Assembly: GCF_003018255.1 (NCBI RefSeq)
Contig: NZ_CP027440.1
Length of the DNA stretch: 64,000 bases
Source of the DNA: Escherichia coli
Lineage (GTDB): Bacteria > Pseudomonadota > Gammaproteobacteria > Enterobacterales > Enterobacteriaceae
Direction: 5' to 3' (one strand)
The position numbers and the translations under genes were made by a program. Below the pieces are notes generated by a model. It worked only from the letters and a program-made list of their open reading frames with translations. It made no database searches and was not told the origin of the DNA. This document shows, piece after piece, positions 18,754 to 29,120 of this stretch. Numbering within the stretch: position 1 is the stretch's first letter; each line of letters begins with the position of its first letter.

Positions 18754-19710
18754 TCACAACACGTTTTTTATCTCCCTTCCTGCGAAGTAATCAATTATCG
18801 ACTGGGCAACGTGTATCCCGGTTTGCTGGTATGACTCAACGGTGGCGGCCGCGATATGCGGCGTTGTAATGATATTTTTGGCATGTAGCAGTGGGCTAAA
18901 TTGCGCCAACGGTTCAGAGCTAAACACATCCAGCGCCGCAAACACATTTCGTTCTTCAATCACCTGAAGTAAAGCGCCCTCATCCAGCAACTTTCCCCTT
19001 GCGGCATTGATGATCAGAGCACCATTGCGCATCATCGACAAATATTTATGACTAATGAAGTTCTCCAGCTCAGAAGAAAAAGGCAAAAGAACAATGATGA
19101 CATGCGACTGCATAAAGATATCTTCAATTGATACAAACTGAACTCCAGCTTTGTCAGCAACCTGATAGTCGGGTTGTTTGTCAAAAGCTAAAAGCTCAAC
19201 ATCAAAACCAGATAACCTTTTCGCCAGTGTTTTGCCAATATTGCCGTAGCCAAGCAGGCCAATACGTTTACCTTGTAACTCGCAGCCATGCGACTCACCC
19301 CAATAACCATTTTGCATTGCATGATAGCTACCGGGGATATTTCTCATGCTCGCAAAAATAAGACCGATGATAAATTCCGCGACTGCGTTTGAATTAATCC
19401 CAACAGCATTATTGACCACAATACCTGATTGTCGAGCCGTATGAAGATCAATATTATCAATCCCTGTCCCGAATCTCGATATTATTTTCACTCCTGGTAG
19501 TCGCGATAACGTATCCGCTTGATAACAATCTTTTCCGGCAATGACTGCGCAAATAGATTCTCGTAATACTGTGGATTCTGATTTAACCAGATGCTCCACA
19601 TTATTCTTGATAATAAGGTTAAAATGATTTTCTCTTAGCAGCTTGCTGGCAGAAACACAACGCGCTGAAAAGCTGGGAACGGTGACCAGAACGTTTTTCA
19701 TAGCTGACAC
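18754..19710 (-). CDS. D-isomer-specific 2-hydroxyacid dehydrogenase family protein
   Basis: 318 aa. NAD-binding motif GLLGYGNIGKTLAKRL. Low-GC gene. Confidence 0.7.
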   Translation of the reverse strand: MSAMKNVLVTVPSFSARCVSASKLLRENHFNLIIKNNVEHLVKSESTVLRESICAVIAGKDCYQADTLSRLPGVKIISRFGTGIDNIDLHTARQSGIVVNNAVGINSNAVAEFIIGLIFASMRNIPGSYHAMQNGYWGESHGCELQGKRIGLLGYGNIGKTLAKRLSGFDVELLAFDKQPDYQVADKAGVQFVSIEDIFMQSHVIIVLLPFSSELENFISHKYLSMMRNGALIINAARGKLLDEGALLQVIEERNVFAALDVFSSEPLAQFSPLLHAKNIITTPHIAAATVESYQQTGIHVAQSIIDYFAGREIKNVL

Positions 19711-19771
19711 TCACATCAATGAACGCCACCCCAAAAGATGGCGTGACCGGTTACTGTTTTATATTCTAAAA

Positions 19772-20368
19772 TTATGAGTTTGCTTTAATACCGAGCGCAC
19801 CTCCTGGATGATATAAGCCGAAATCAGCACGAGTAAACTTTTTCAATTCGGAGAGCGCAAGCGCCACCGCATCACCAACAACCAGAACGACTGTTGATGA
19901 GCATGACGGCGCTAAACCTAAATTATCCGCCTCACTTTTTACGGGAATTTCAACGGATAAATCACAACTTATCGCAAGCGATGAGCGATGACTGCGGGTA
20001 AAGGAGATCAAATAATTACCCATTTTTTTCAGACTAGGTAGTGTTGCCAGGATTTCTGTCGTCTCACCACTGTTTGAAATAAGAATAACAACATCATCTT
20101 TCGCCACCATCCCAAGATCGCCGTGTACGGCTTCAGTACCGTGAACAAAAAACGAGGGAGTTCCAGTGCTGGCAAATGTTGCGGCGAGTTTTCGGGCAAT
20201 AATACCGGACTTACCGACACCAATAAAAACAACTTTCCCCTGACAAGACTGTAATACTTTAATTAAATTTGCGACCTCCGAAAGGGGGGAATCAATAACT
20301 TCTTCAACTGCTTTATGTTCGTTACGCATAAAATGTTTAATGAGATGGATAAGATCCGTACTGTTCAT
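19772..20368 (-). CDS. SIS-domain sugar-phosphate isomerase (KpsF/GutQ-like, no CBS domains)
   Basis: 198 aa. SIS-like block VVFIGVGKSGIIARKLAATFASTGTPSFFVH...ILISNSGETTEIL. Confidence 0.65.
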   Translation of the reverse strand: MNSTDLIHLIKHFMRNEHKAVEEVIDSPLSEVANLIKVLQSCQGKVVFIGVGKSGIIARKLAATFASTGTPSFFVHGTEAVHGDLGMVAKDDVVILISNSGETTEILATLPSLKKMGNYLISFTRSHRSSLAISCDLSVEIPVKSEADNLGLAPSCSSTVVLVVGDAVALALSELKKFTRADFGLYHPGGALGIKANS

Positions 20369-20370
20369 TT

Positions 20371-21546
20371 TTATTTTCCTTGATTAATATTTTTAATTAC
20401 ACTCGCAAGACGCGTAAGCCCCATATATAATTTTTCTCGACCGCAGGCCAGGTTCAGACGAAGGTAGCCCTCCCCCTCCGTTCCATAGACATTCCCCGCC
20501 ATAATGCCCACTTTGCCTTCATGAATTAATCGACTGTAGAATTCATCAAAGGAATAACCAATAGCAGAGCAATCTATCCACGAAAAATAGCAACCATCAG
20601 CTGGCCTTACGATCAATTCTGGAGTATTTTCGTTCAGATACTGCTGGGTGAATTGAATGTTAGAGGCGATATGTGCCTTTAATGACTTTAACCATCCCTC
20701 ACATTCATTATAGGCAACAATGGTTGCAATTATATTCAGTACTGATGGGGAGTTTACGAAATCGCGATACCTCGATATCGTTCTGAACTTATGATTATAA
20801 TCCTCGTCAGTTGAAATCAGATACGATCCTGTTAGCGCAGGAACATTAAATGTTTTCGATATCGAGTTAAATACCACTACTTTTTCTTTTTTTATTTTAA
20901 GCGCGGATGTAAAGCTACGATTAAAAACAAAATCACTATGAATTTCATCTGAACATAACCAGACATTATGCCTTGTACAGCTTGTAGCGATTTTAAGCAG
21001 TTCTTCTTCCGACCAGACTGTTCCTGTCGGATTATGAGGATTACATAATAACACCATCTTTGCGCTTTTAATCTTAAGATCAAAATCTTGCCAGTTGATA
21101 GCGTAGCCCCCCTCATTTTTTATAATCAAAGAGGCTGTCAGAATATTTCGCTCGCTATGTTTAATTACATCAAAAAATGCATTATAGACAGGTGTAAAAA
21201 CGAGAATATTATCACCATGCGATGTCAATAACTCTATTGCCTTTGCAATAGAGTACATCACACTGGGGCTATAGGTTATCCATTCAGGTTTAATGTCTGT
21301 TTGATATTGTTGATGATACCAGTTTACTATCGCATTCAGATATTCACCATGTTGCCAACGACTGTACCCTAAAATCGGGTGTTCCAGGCGTTTTTTTAAT
21401 GCTCTGGTGATAGCGTCTGGTATCGGAAGATCCATATCTGAAATAGAGAAGGGTAATACATCTTTTACACCAAATCTGTCCTCGCAAAAGTCCCATTGGG
21501 TGCAATATGTTCCTTTACGGGAAATAGGAGTATTAAAAATATCCAT
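20371..21546 (-). CDS. PLP-dependent aminotransferase class I/II, MalY/PatB-like C-S lyase
   Basis: 391 aa. Motif CNPHNPTG and a lysine-containing SISKTFN block typical of this family. Confidence 0.7.
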   Translation of the reverse strand: MDIFNTPISRKGTYCTQWDFCEDRFGVKDVLPFSISDMDLPIPDAITRALKKRLEHPILGYSRWQHGEYLNAIVNWYHQQYQTDIKPEWITYSPSVMYSIAKAIELLTSHGDNILVFTPVYNAFFDVIKHSERNILTASLIIKNEGGYAINWQDFDLKIKSAKMVLLCNPHNPTGTVWSEEELLKIATSCTRHNVWLCSDEIHSDFVFNRSFTSALKIKKEKVVVFNSISKTFNVPALTGSYLISTDEDYNHKFRTISRYRDFVNSPSVLNIIATIVAYNECEGWLKSLKAHIASNIQFTQQYLNENTPELIVRPADGCYFSWIDCSAIGYSFDEFYSRLIHEGKVGIMAGNVYGTEGEGYLRLNLACGREKLYMGLTRLASVIKNINQGK

Positions 21547-23126
21547 CAGCGCATCCCCATGTAGTTATCCATATCCCTACGCAGGGCGATGACTTTAGTG
21601 CCGATAATGACTTGTAGGGTATTTTGATCAAGTTTAACAACCGCAATCCCGCCAGCTCTTTTTATTGCAACTTCATCAATCAATCCCATATCTGCGATTG
21701 TTAAACGTAAACGAGTTACGCAATTATCCAGTGACTTAATATTCTCTTTACCACCAAGTGCCTTAACCATCTGCTCCGCTGCTTGCAACTCTGATTTATC
21801 AAGAGTTGGGGTATCCGCTATAGCCGTATCTTCGTGAGCGTTCAGCGTGACAGGACTGGACTCTTCACGTCCTACGGTCATCAGGTTAAATTTGAGAATG
21901 GTCCAACGGAACACAAAGTAATAAATGAAGAAATAGGCCACTTCAACACACACCGCGATCGGCCAACCTGTTCTTGTGCCACGCAATACGCCAAAGCTAA
22001 TAAATTGAATCAGATCGCCAGTAAATCCCATCTTCACGCCCATATATGGCAAGACCATGTTGGCGAATCCATTCATAAAGGCATGGAAGACAAACAGCAG
22101 CGGACTGACAAATAAGAACAGAAATTCAATCGGTTCGCTGACGCCACCAATAATAACCGTAAGCACACCGGAAATAAGCAATGCTTTGATAGCCTTTCTG
22201 TTTTGAGCATGAGCAGTGCGATACATGGCCAGTGCAGCACCAGCCAGACCGTACTGAATCATCAGTTTGCCCTGCTCCATTTTCCCCGCCAAATCCAGCG
22301 GAATGACCGCATTCTCTTTGACGTACGCCATAAACATGTTCAGGGTGCCGTAATACTCTTCGCCGCCAATCACAGCCGAACCGCCGATTGGCGTAAAGCG
22401 GAACACTGACGTCACCAGATGGTTTAAGCCAAAAGGAATCGTCACACGTTCGGCAACTGCATAGAAGAAATAACCAACAGGACCGGAAGTTGATATCCAG
22501 TGGCCAATGAGCATGAAGAGATTGAAAAATGGCGGCCAGATAAAAGGAATGATCAGACCAAATCCACTCATCACAATCAGTGTAATGATAGGCACCAGAC
22601 GTGGGCCGCTATAAAAACCTAATGATTCTGGAATGCGTAAATTAACGATCTTTTTATACATGCTGGCGACTAATAACCCAGCAACAATTCCCCCTAACAC
22701 GCTGGTATTGTAGGACTGGATCCCCAGAATGATGTTTTGCCCATGTGTCGACATTTGGTCAGCAACGACCAATAAGTCGTGCTGTTTAAGATAAAAGTTC
22801 GTTCCCAGATGCATCGCCATAAAACCAATTAAGCCAGAAAAAGCACCATAGGCTTTATCCTCTTTATCTTTTAATAATCCTAAGGGAATCGCTATCGCAA
22901 ACAATACAGGTAAATTAACAAAGGCAAACAAACCAAGACTAACAATGAAATCAAGTATGGTTTTAATTATTGGAATAGCCAGAAATGGAATTAACTTTGC
23001 CATATCATCACTGGCTAAACCACTTCCCAGCCCTAGCATCATGCCACATACACTTAGCAGAGCAATGGGATACATAAATGCCTTCCCCAGGCTCTGAAAA
23101 AAACTCCAGGCTTTCTTTTGTTTCAT
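21546..23126 (-). CDS. PTS glucose-family EIICB component
   Basis: 526 aa. Polytopic membrane domain plus C-terminal EIIB with NCVTRLRL phosphorylation-site motif. Confidence 0.8.
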   Translation of the reverse strand: MKQKKAWSFFQSLGKAFMYPIALLSVCGMMLGLGSGLASDDMAKLIPFLAIPIIKTILDFIVSLGLFAFVNLPVLFAIAIPLGLLKDKEDKAYGAFSGLIGFMAMHLGTNFYLKQHDLLVVADQMSTHGQNIILGIQSYNTSVLGGIVAGLLVASMYKKIVNLRIPESLGFYSGPRLVPIITLIVMSGFGLIIPFIWPPFFNLFMLIGHWISTSGPVGYFFYAVAERVTIPFGLNHLVTSVFRFTPIGGSAVIGGEEYYGTLNMFMAYVKENAVIPLDLAGKMEQGKLMIQYGLAGAALAMYRTAHAQNRKAIKALLISGVLTVIIGGVSEPIEFLFLFVSPLLFVFHAFMNGFANMVLPYMGVKMGFTGDLIQFISFGVLRGTRTGWPIAVCVEVAYFFIYYFVFRWTILKFNLMTVGREESSPVTLNAHEDTAIADTPTLDKSELQAAEQMVKALGGKENIKSLDNCVTRLRLTIADMGLIDEVAIKRAGGIAVVKLDQNTLQVIIGTKVIALRRDMDNYMGMR

Positions 23127-23157
23127 GTGGGTTATCTCATATAAATGTTATATATAA

Positions 23158-23982
23158 TTAGTCCATTAATACTTTGGTACGAATAGAGAGATATAGTTTT
23201 TCTTCTAAAATTAATTCATATTTAAAAGTGGCATACAGATACCGTTCAATTTCATGAATTGCGCGCTGTAACAGGATGTCCTTTTCAAGAAACTGTTCAT
23301 AGATATCACCAATATCTTTCTGTTTTATTTTTTCATTGCATAACACGCGACTTGAAAAATATTTAAGGTGCATCATAAATCTGGAATAGTTAAATGAACT
23401 TCTGTCCACCTTTCTGTTATAAACAACTTCAATAAGCTCCGTGATTATTTGCGACAACTCAATAATCCGTACTGATTCATAATCAACTGAATTTTCATAA
23501 TTATTTAAAATATGCAATGCTATAAAACCAATCTCATCATCAGGAAGTTGAACGCTGAATTGCTCATTAATGATAGTTAATGCATCGCGACTTATCGCAT
23601 ACTCTGCTTTGTACAACGCTTTGATTTCATCAAGGAAAACATTATTAATTTGTATACCTGAAACTACTCGGGATATTGCATTCGAAATGTGATCCGCAAG
23701 AATCAATAGTAGCGATGGATTGAGATTTTTTTCGAGATTTTTCTCCGCATATTGCACTATTTTTTCGGCAACAAAAATATACTCAATATCCACATGTTCA
23801 ATCAATTTGTAGAGTTTATTTTTTTGTTCGTTTCTGACATAAAAAATCCGGTTAGCCGGATGTTCAGGGACCGACATTCCATATTTTTTGTTATAACCGA
23901 CGCCAGGTCCAGAAATGATAACCTCCTGTCCATTCATCGATGCCTGTACACAATTATTGTTCATGACTTTTTCGATGATCAT
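23158..23982 (-). CDS. BglG/LicT-family transcription antiterminator (CAT RNA-binding domain plus PRD domains)
   Basis: Start taken at MIIEKVMNNNCVQASMNGQEVIISGPGVGYNKK (CAT domain signature) with SD GGAG 7 nt upstream. The track ORF extends 19 codons further upstream, into the leader hairpin. Confidence 0.75.
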   Translation of the reverse strand: MIIEKVMNNNCVQASMNGQEVIISGPGVGYNKKYGMSVPEHPANRIFYVRNEQKNKLYKLIEHVDIEYIFVAEKIVQYAEKNLEKNLNPSLLLILADHISNAISRVVSGIQINNVFLDEIKALYKAEYAISRDALTIINEQFSVQLPDDEIGFIALHILNNYENSVDYESVRIIELSQIITELIEVVYNRKVDRSSFNYSRFMMHLKYFSSRVLCNEKIKQKDIGDIYEQFLEKDILLQRAIHEIERYLYATFKYELILEEKLYLSIRTKVLMD

Positions 23983-23993
23983 TCCATGACTCC

Positions 23994-24075
23994 AAAAAAA
24001 AAGGCAAGGCACGTCAGAAGTAATAATTACTTCAAACATTGCCTTGCCTGATTTAACAGTTACAAGATGATTAAC
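23994..24075 (-). promoter_or_regulatory. Leader intrinsic terminator with overlapping RAT-like element upstream of the antiterminator gene
   Basis: On the minus strand: AGGCAAGGCA, a loop containing the palindrome GAAGTAATAATTACTTC, TGCCTTGCCT, then T9, directly abutting the SD. Upstream TTGTAACTGTTAAATCAGGCAAGGCA resembles the RAT consensus. Confidence 0.5.
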
Positions 24076-24239
24076 TAATGCGTATACATTACACGGAATT
24101 GTGCTTAATTAAAGAGATGGTCGGCTTATTTTTCAAGCCGACATTCAAATATTCGACATCAGTCACAAAACCAGCATCTAATATTCATGAAAATGTTATC
24201 TATTCAACGAAATATAAATTCATTGAATAAATAAAAACA

Positions 24240-25493
24240 TCATCCCCTTCTCGCCAGCGTCGCCCCATCGGCAAAATACGCTTTAATCCCCGCAAGAATA
24301 GACTCCGCAACTTCCTGCTGGAAAGTCGCCGTTTTCAGTTTACGTTCTTCCTCAACGTTACTGATAAACGCCGTTTCGACCAGAATGGAGGGAATATCTG
24401 GTGCCTTTAGTACGGCAAACCCGGCCTGTTCAACTTGATTTTTATGCAGCTTGTTGATTTTACCGAGCTTATTCAGCACCGCTTTACCAAACTTCAGGCT
24501 GTCGGCAATGGTCAGCGACTGCACCATATCGAACATGGTGTGGTCGACATAGCGGTCACCGCTTTTGCTCACGCCACCAATCAAGTCCGAGGCGTTCTGG
24601 GTTTGTGCCAGATATTTTGCCGCAGTACTGGTTGCACCTTTGGTTGAGAGCGCAAACACAGAGGAACCGCTCGGCTGACGACTGGTAAAGGCGTCGGCAT
24701 GGATAGAGACAAACAGGTCAGCACGCTGTTTCTGGGCTTTTGCTACGCGCACTTGCAACGGAATGAAGATGTCTTCATTGCGCGTCATGTACACCTTCAT
24801 ATTGCCCTCTTTCTCGATCAGAGAGCGCAGACGGCGAGCTATTTGCAATACCACGTCTTTTTCGCGCGTTTTGTATTTCCCCACCGCACCGGAGTCTTCG
24901 CCACCGTGGCCAGGGTCAAGCATAATGACAATAGGACGATCGCGCCCTGCTTTACCCGGTTGTGGACCACTTTGTGCTGGCGGCACCTGCTTTTCGAGGT
25001 CGCCTTTGTTGTAATCCTCCAGCAGCGCCAGCAGCGGGTCCTGCATATCCTGTGCATTGGCCGGATAGAGGTCCATCACCAGACGCTCTTTAAACCCGGC
25101 GACCGGCGCAAGGGCAAACAGCTGCGGTTTTACGTTTTGCTTTAATTCAAAAACCATACGTACGGTTTGCGGGTCAAATTGCCCGACGCGCGCCGACTTG
25201 ATGAACGGGTCGTCAGCGCGGATTTGCGCAGCCATCCCCTTGAGTACCGAGTTCAGGTTTACATCTTCGATATCCACCACCACGCGTTCAGGATTACTCA
25301 ACGCGAACTGCTTATATTTCAGCTGACGATTTGATTCTACCGTCACGCGGGTGTAGCTGGACGCAGGCCAGACGCGCACCGCCACGACCTGGCTGACCGC
25401 AGCCAGGCTGACCTGACTTACGCTCAATAGCCACATGGCACCCGCGCCTTGCAGTAAACGACGACGGCTGATTGCAGTGTTGGATCCTGACAT
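24240..25493 (-). CDS. amiC: N-acetylmuramoyl-L-alanine amidase AmiC
   Basis: 417 aa. Tat signal [15 protein letters not shown]. Colinear with K-12 amiC-argA. Confidence 0.9.
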
Positions 25494-25724
25494 GCCTCTC
25501 CCGAGCAAAAGAAATCTAAGCTGTGTAACAAGTAAACGACCAATTTGACCGGAAACTTTAGCGAAAGACGCATAATCTGTCATCTATAAAACGGTAAACA
25601 TTCTTTTTATATTCACGGTATTACTGATAAAAAACTCGCTCCCGCATAAAATTTACACTTGCACCCTGCGAAAAAACAGAATAAAAATACAATAATTTCG
25701 AATAATCATGCAAAGAGGTGTACC

Positions 25725-27056
25725 GTGGTAAAGGAACGTAAAACCGAGCTGGTCGAGGGATTCCGCCATTCGGTTCCCTATATCAATACCCACCGGGGAA
25801 AAACATTTGTCATCATGCTCGGCGGTGAAGCCATTGAGCATGAGAATTTCTCCAGTATCGTTAATGATATCGGGTTGTTGCACAGCCTCGGCATCCGTCT
25901 GGTGGTGGTCTATGGCGCACGTCCGCAGATCGACGCAAATCTGGCTGCGCATCACCACGAACCGCTGTATCACAAGAATATACGTGTGACCGACGCCAAA
26001 ACACTGGAACTGGTGAAGCAGGCTGCGGGAACATTGCAACTGGATATTACTGCTCGCCTGTCGATGAGTCTCAATAACACGCCGCTACAGGGCGCGCATA
26101 TCAACGTCGTCAGTGGCAATTTTATTATCGCCCAGCCGCTGGGCGTCGATGACGGCGTGGATTACTGCCATAGCGGGCGTATCCGGCGGATTGATGAAGA
26201 CGCGATCCATCGTCAACTGGACAGCGGTGCAATAGTGCTAATGGGGCCGGTCGCTGTTTCAGTCACTGGCGAGAGCTTTAATCTGACCTCGGAAGAGATT
26301 GCCACTCAACTGGCCATCAAACTGAAAGCTGAAAAGATGATTGGTTTTTGCTCTTCCCAGGGCGTCACTAATGACGACGGTGATATTGTCTCCGAACTTT
26401 TCCCTAACGAAGCGCAAGCACGGGTAGAAGCCCAGGAAGAGAAAGGTGATTACAACTCCGGTACGGTGCGCTTTTTGCGTGGCGCAGTGAAAGCCTGCCG
26501 CAGCGGCGTGCGTCGCTGTCATTTAATCAGTTATCAGGAAGATGGCGCGCTATTGCAAGAGTTGTTCTCACGCGACGGTATCGGTACGCAGATTGTGATG
26601 GAAAGCGCCGAGCAGATTCGTCGCGCAACAATCAACGATATTGGCGGTATTCTGGAGTTGATTCGCCCGCTGGAGCAGCAAGGTATTCTGGTACGCCGTT
26701 CTCGCGAGCAGCTAGAGATGGAAATCGACAAATTCACCATTATTCAGCGCGATAACACGACTATTGCCTGCGCCGCGCTCTATCCGTTCCCGGAAGAGAA
26801 GATTGGGGAAATGGCCTGTGTGGCAGTTCACCCGGATTACCGCAGCTCATCAAGGGGCGAGGTTCTGCTGGAACGCATTGCCGCTCAGGCGAAGCAGAGC
26901 GGCTTAAGCAAATTGTTTGTGCTGACCACGCGCAGTATTCACTGGTTCCAGGAACGTGGATTTACCCCGGTGGATATTGATTTACTCCCCGAGAGCAAAA
27001 AGCAGTTGTACAACTACCAGCGTAAATCCAAAGTGTTGATGGCGGATTTGGGGTAA
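25725..27056 (+). CDS. argA: Amino-acid N-acetyltransferase (N-acetylglutamate synthase)
   Basis: 443 aa from GTG start ([34 protein letters not shown]...). Confidence 0.92.
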   Translation: MVKERKTELVEGFRHSVPYINTHRGKTFVIMLGGEAIEHENFSSIVNDIGLLHSLGIRLVVVYGARPQIDANLAAHHHEPLYHKNIRVTDAKTLELVKQAAGTLQLDITARLSMSLNNTPLQGAHINVVSGNFIIAQPLGVDDGVDYCHSGRIRRIDEDAIHRQLDSGAIVLMGPVAVSVTGESFNLTSEEIATQLAIKLKAEKMIGFCSSQGVTNDDGDIVSELFPNEAQARVEAQEEKGDYNSGTVRFLRGAVKACRSGVRRCHLISYQEDGALLQELFSRDGIGTQIVMESAEQIRRATINDIGGILELIRPLEQQGILVRRSREQLEMEIDKFTIIQRDNTTIACAALYPFPEEKIGEMACVAVHPDYRSSSRGEVLLERIAAQAKQSGLSKLFVLTTRSIHWFQERGFTPVDIDLLPESKKQLYNYQRKSKVLMADLG

Positions 27057-27293
<237 letters not shown>

Positions 27294-29120
27294 TTATTCC
27301 CGCGAACTAAACAATGCCGCCAGACCACTGCGCCGCTCAGTGCGCGTGGCAATTGCCGCACTTAAAATGCGCTCATCGGCATACAGCGACAGACGGCGAC
27401 GCGCGCGGGTCACTGCGGTGTAAACCAGCTCTCGCGTTACTACCGGCGTGCGTTGACTCGGTAAAATCAACGCCGCATGGTCGAACTCCGATCCCTGCGA
27501 TTTATGTACCGTCATCGCCCACGTCGTTTCGTGCTCTGGCAGGCGACTCGGTTGCACAGACTTAATATTGCCGTCCGGCATCGCAAACCAAACGCGCGTC
27601 CCCTGCCCGCGATCCAGCGCAATACCGATATCGCCATTAAACAACCCAAGCGCGCTGTCATTACGGGCAATCATCACCGGTCGGCCTTCGTACCAACGAG
27701 AGTGCGGATTACGATGAATTTTGCGCTTCTGTTGCATAAACTGCTCAATTCGCTCATTCAGTCCAGCCACGCCAAACGGCCCTTCCCGCAGGGCGCACAA
27801 AAGCTGGTACTCATTGAACGCCTGAATGATTAAATCCGGCTCGGCACGCGCTTGCAGCAGATCCAGATAACGCCCGTAACCCGCAAGAGCCTCCTCAAGC
27901 ATCGCAATATAGTCTTCGCCGCTCTGTAAGAGCCGTTTTTCGATATCAGTAAAATCCTGCTGAAAAACGGTTTTCACTGCCGTTTTATCACCACGGTTGA
28001 TCGCCGCAGCTAACTGACCAATGCCAGAATCGCTGCCGAAACGATAGCTTTTTTGCAGCAGGCAGAGACTGTCGCGCAAAGATGCCGCTTCTGTGCCAGT
28101 TCCTGACGGAACGTGAGTTCCCGTCAGGCGGCTCAACTGCCCGGCACGCTCGGCGGTAAAGCCCGCGTTGGCATAAGCGCAGATATCGCCCAGCACAGCT
28201 CCAGCCTCAACTGAGGCCAGTTGATCGCGATCACCGAGGAAGATCACTCGCGCATGATCGGGCAACGCATCGATCAGGCGCGACATCATGGGGAGATCGA
28301 TCATTGACGCTTCATCCACCACCAGCACATCAAGATGCAGCGGGTTACCGGCATGATGACGTAAACGCTGGCTACCCGGCTGCGCACCCAGCAATCGGTG
28401 CAAAGTGCTGGCATCTTCCGGAATGCGTTTCTTTTGTTCATCGGTCAGCGGTAACTGGCGCAAAGCCTTGCCGAGAGATTCGGTTAAGCGCGCGGCAGCT
28501 TTACCCGTTGGTGCAGCCAGACGGATACGGCAGCGTTCGCCGTCTGCCATTTGAATTAACGCTGCCAGCAACTTCGCTACGGTGGTCGTTTTACCGGTGC
28601 CAGGGCCGCCGGAAATCACCGAGATCCGCCGCGTCAGCGCCACTGCCGCCGCCACTTTTTGCCAGTTAATTTCATCGCTTACTGGAAAAAGTTTGTCCAG
28701 GGTTTGCGCCAGTAGAGCTTCATCAACCTCAATGGCATGATTCACTTCGTTGAAAAAGCGTGCCACTGTGCGCTCGTTACACCACATGCGATTCAAATAA
28801 AGACGATCACCACAGAGGATCATCGGCGTTGGTTCATCTCCCCGGCTGACCGCTTGTGAAGCCAGCAAGCATTCTTCCCAATTTTGTAACTCACCGATTT
28901 CGCTGACGCAGGTTGCTAACAGCGGATGTGACGCCTCGTTATTTTCCAGTCGTGAGAGCGGTAAACAGACATGCCCTTCCCCGGCGTCGTGGCTTAACAG
29001 GGCTGCCGCGAGGGTGACGGCAGGATGTTCATCTCCCGCCACGGTCAGGGCAAATTGCACATCCAGCGGGCGTAACTGTTTGTGCTCCACAGCTTCCAGT
29101 AATTGCTTTTGCAATTTCAT
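27294..29120 (-). CDS. recD: Exodeoxyribonuclease V alpha subunit RecD
   Basis: 608 aa. Walker [10 protein letters not shown]. Overlaps the recB stop. Confidence 0.92.
   Translation of the reverse strand: MKLQKQLLEAVEHKQLRPLDVQFALTVAGDEHPAVTLAAALLSHDAGEGHVCLPLSRLENNEASHPLLATCVSEIGELQNWEECLLASQAVSRGDEPTPMILCGDRLYLNRMWCNERTVARFFNEVNHAIEVDEALLAQTLDKLFPVSDEINWQKVAAAVALTRRISVISGGPGTGKTTTVAKLLAALIQMADGERCRIRLAAPTGKAAARLTESLGKALRQLPLTDEQKKRIPEDASTLHRLLGAQPGSQRLRHHAGNPLHLDVLVVDEASMIDLPMMSRLIDALPDHARVIFLGDRDQLASVEAGAVLGDICAYANAGFTAERAGQLSRLTGTHVPSGTGTEAASLRDSLCLLQKSYRFGSDSGIGQLAAAINRGDKTAVKTVFQQDFTDIEKRLLQSGEDYIAMLEEALAGYGRYLDLLQARAEPDLIIQAFNEYQLLCALREGPFGVAGLNERIEQFMQQKRKIHRNPHSRWYEGRPVMIARNDSALGLFNGDIGIALDRGQGTRVWFAMPDGNIKSVQPSRLPEHETTWAMTVHKSQGSEFDHAALILPSQRTPVVTRELVYTAVTRARRRLSLYADERILSAAIATRTERRSGLAALFSSRE

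Noticed and set aside
24040-24240. A second copy of the tRNA 3'-end repeat or a full tRNA-fMet gene next to amiC.
   Set aside because: Reading this interval I found no tRNA-like sequence and no second GGCCCCCGCAACCA; only the 18661-18674 copy is present in the window.
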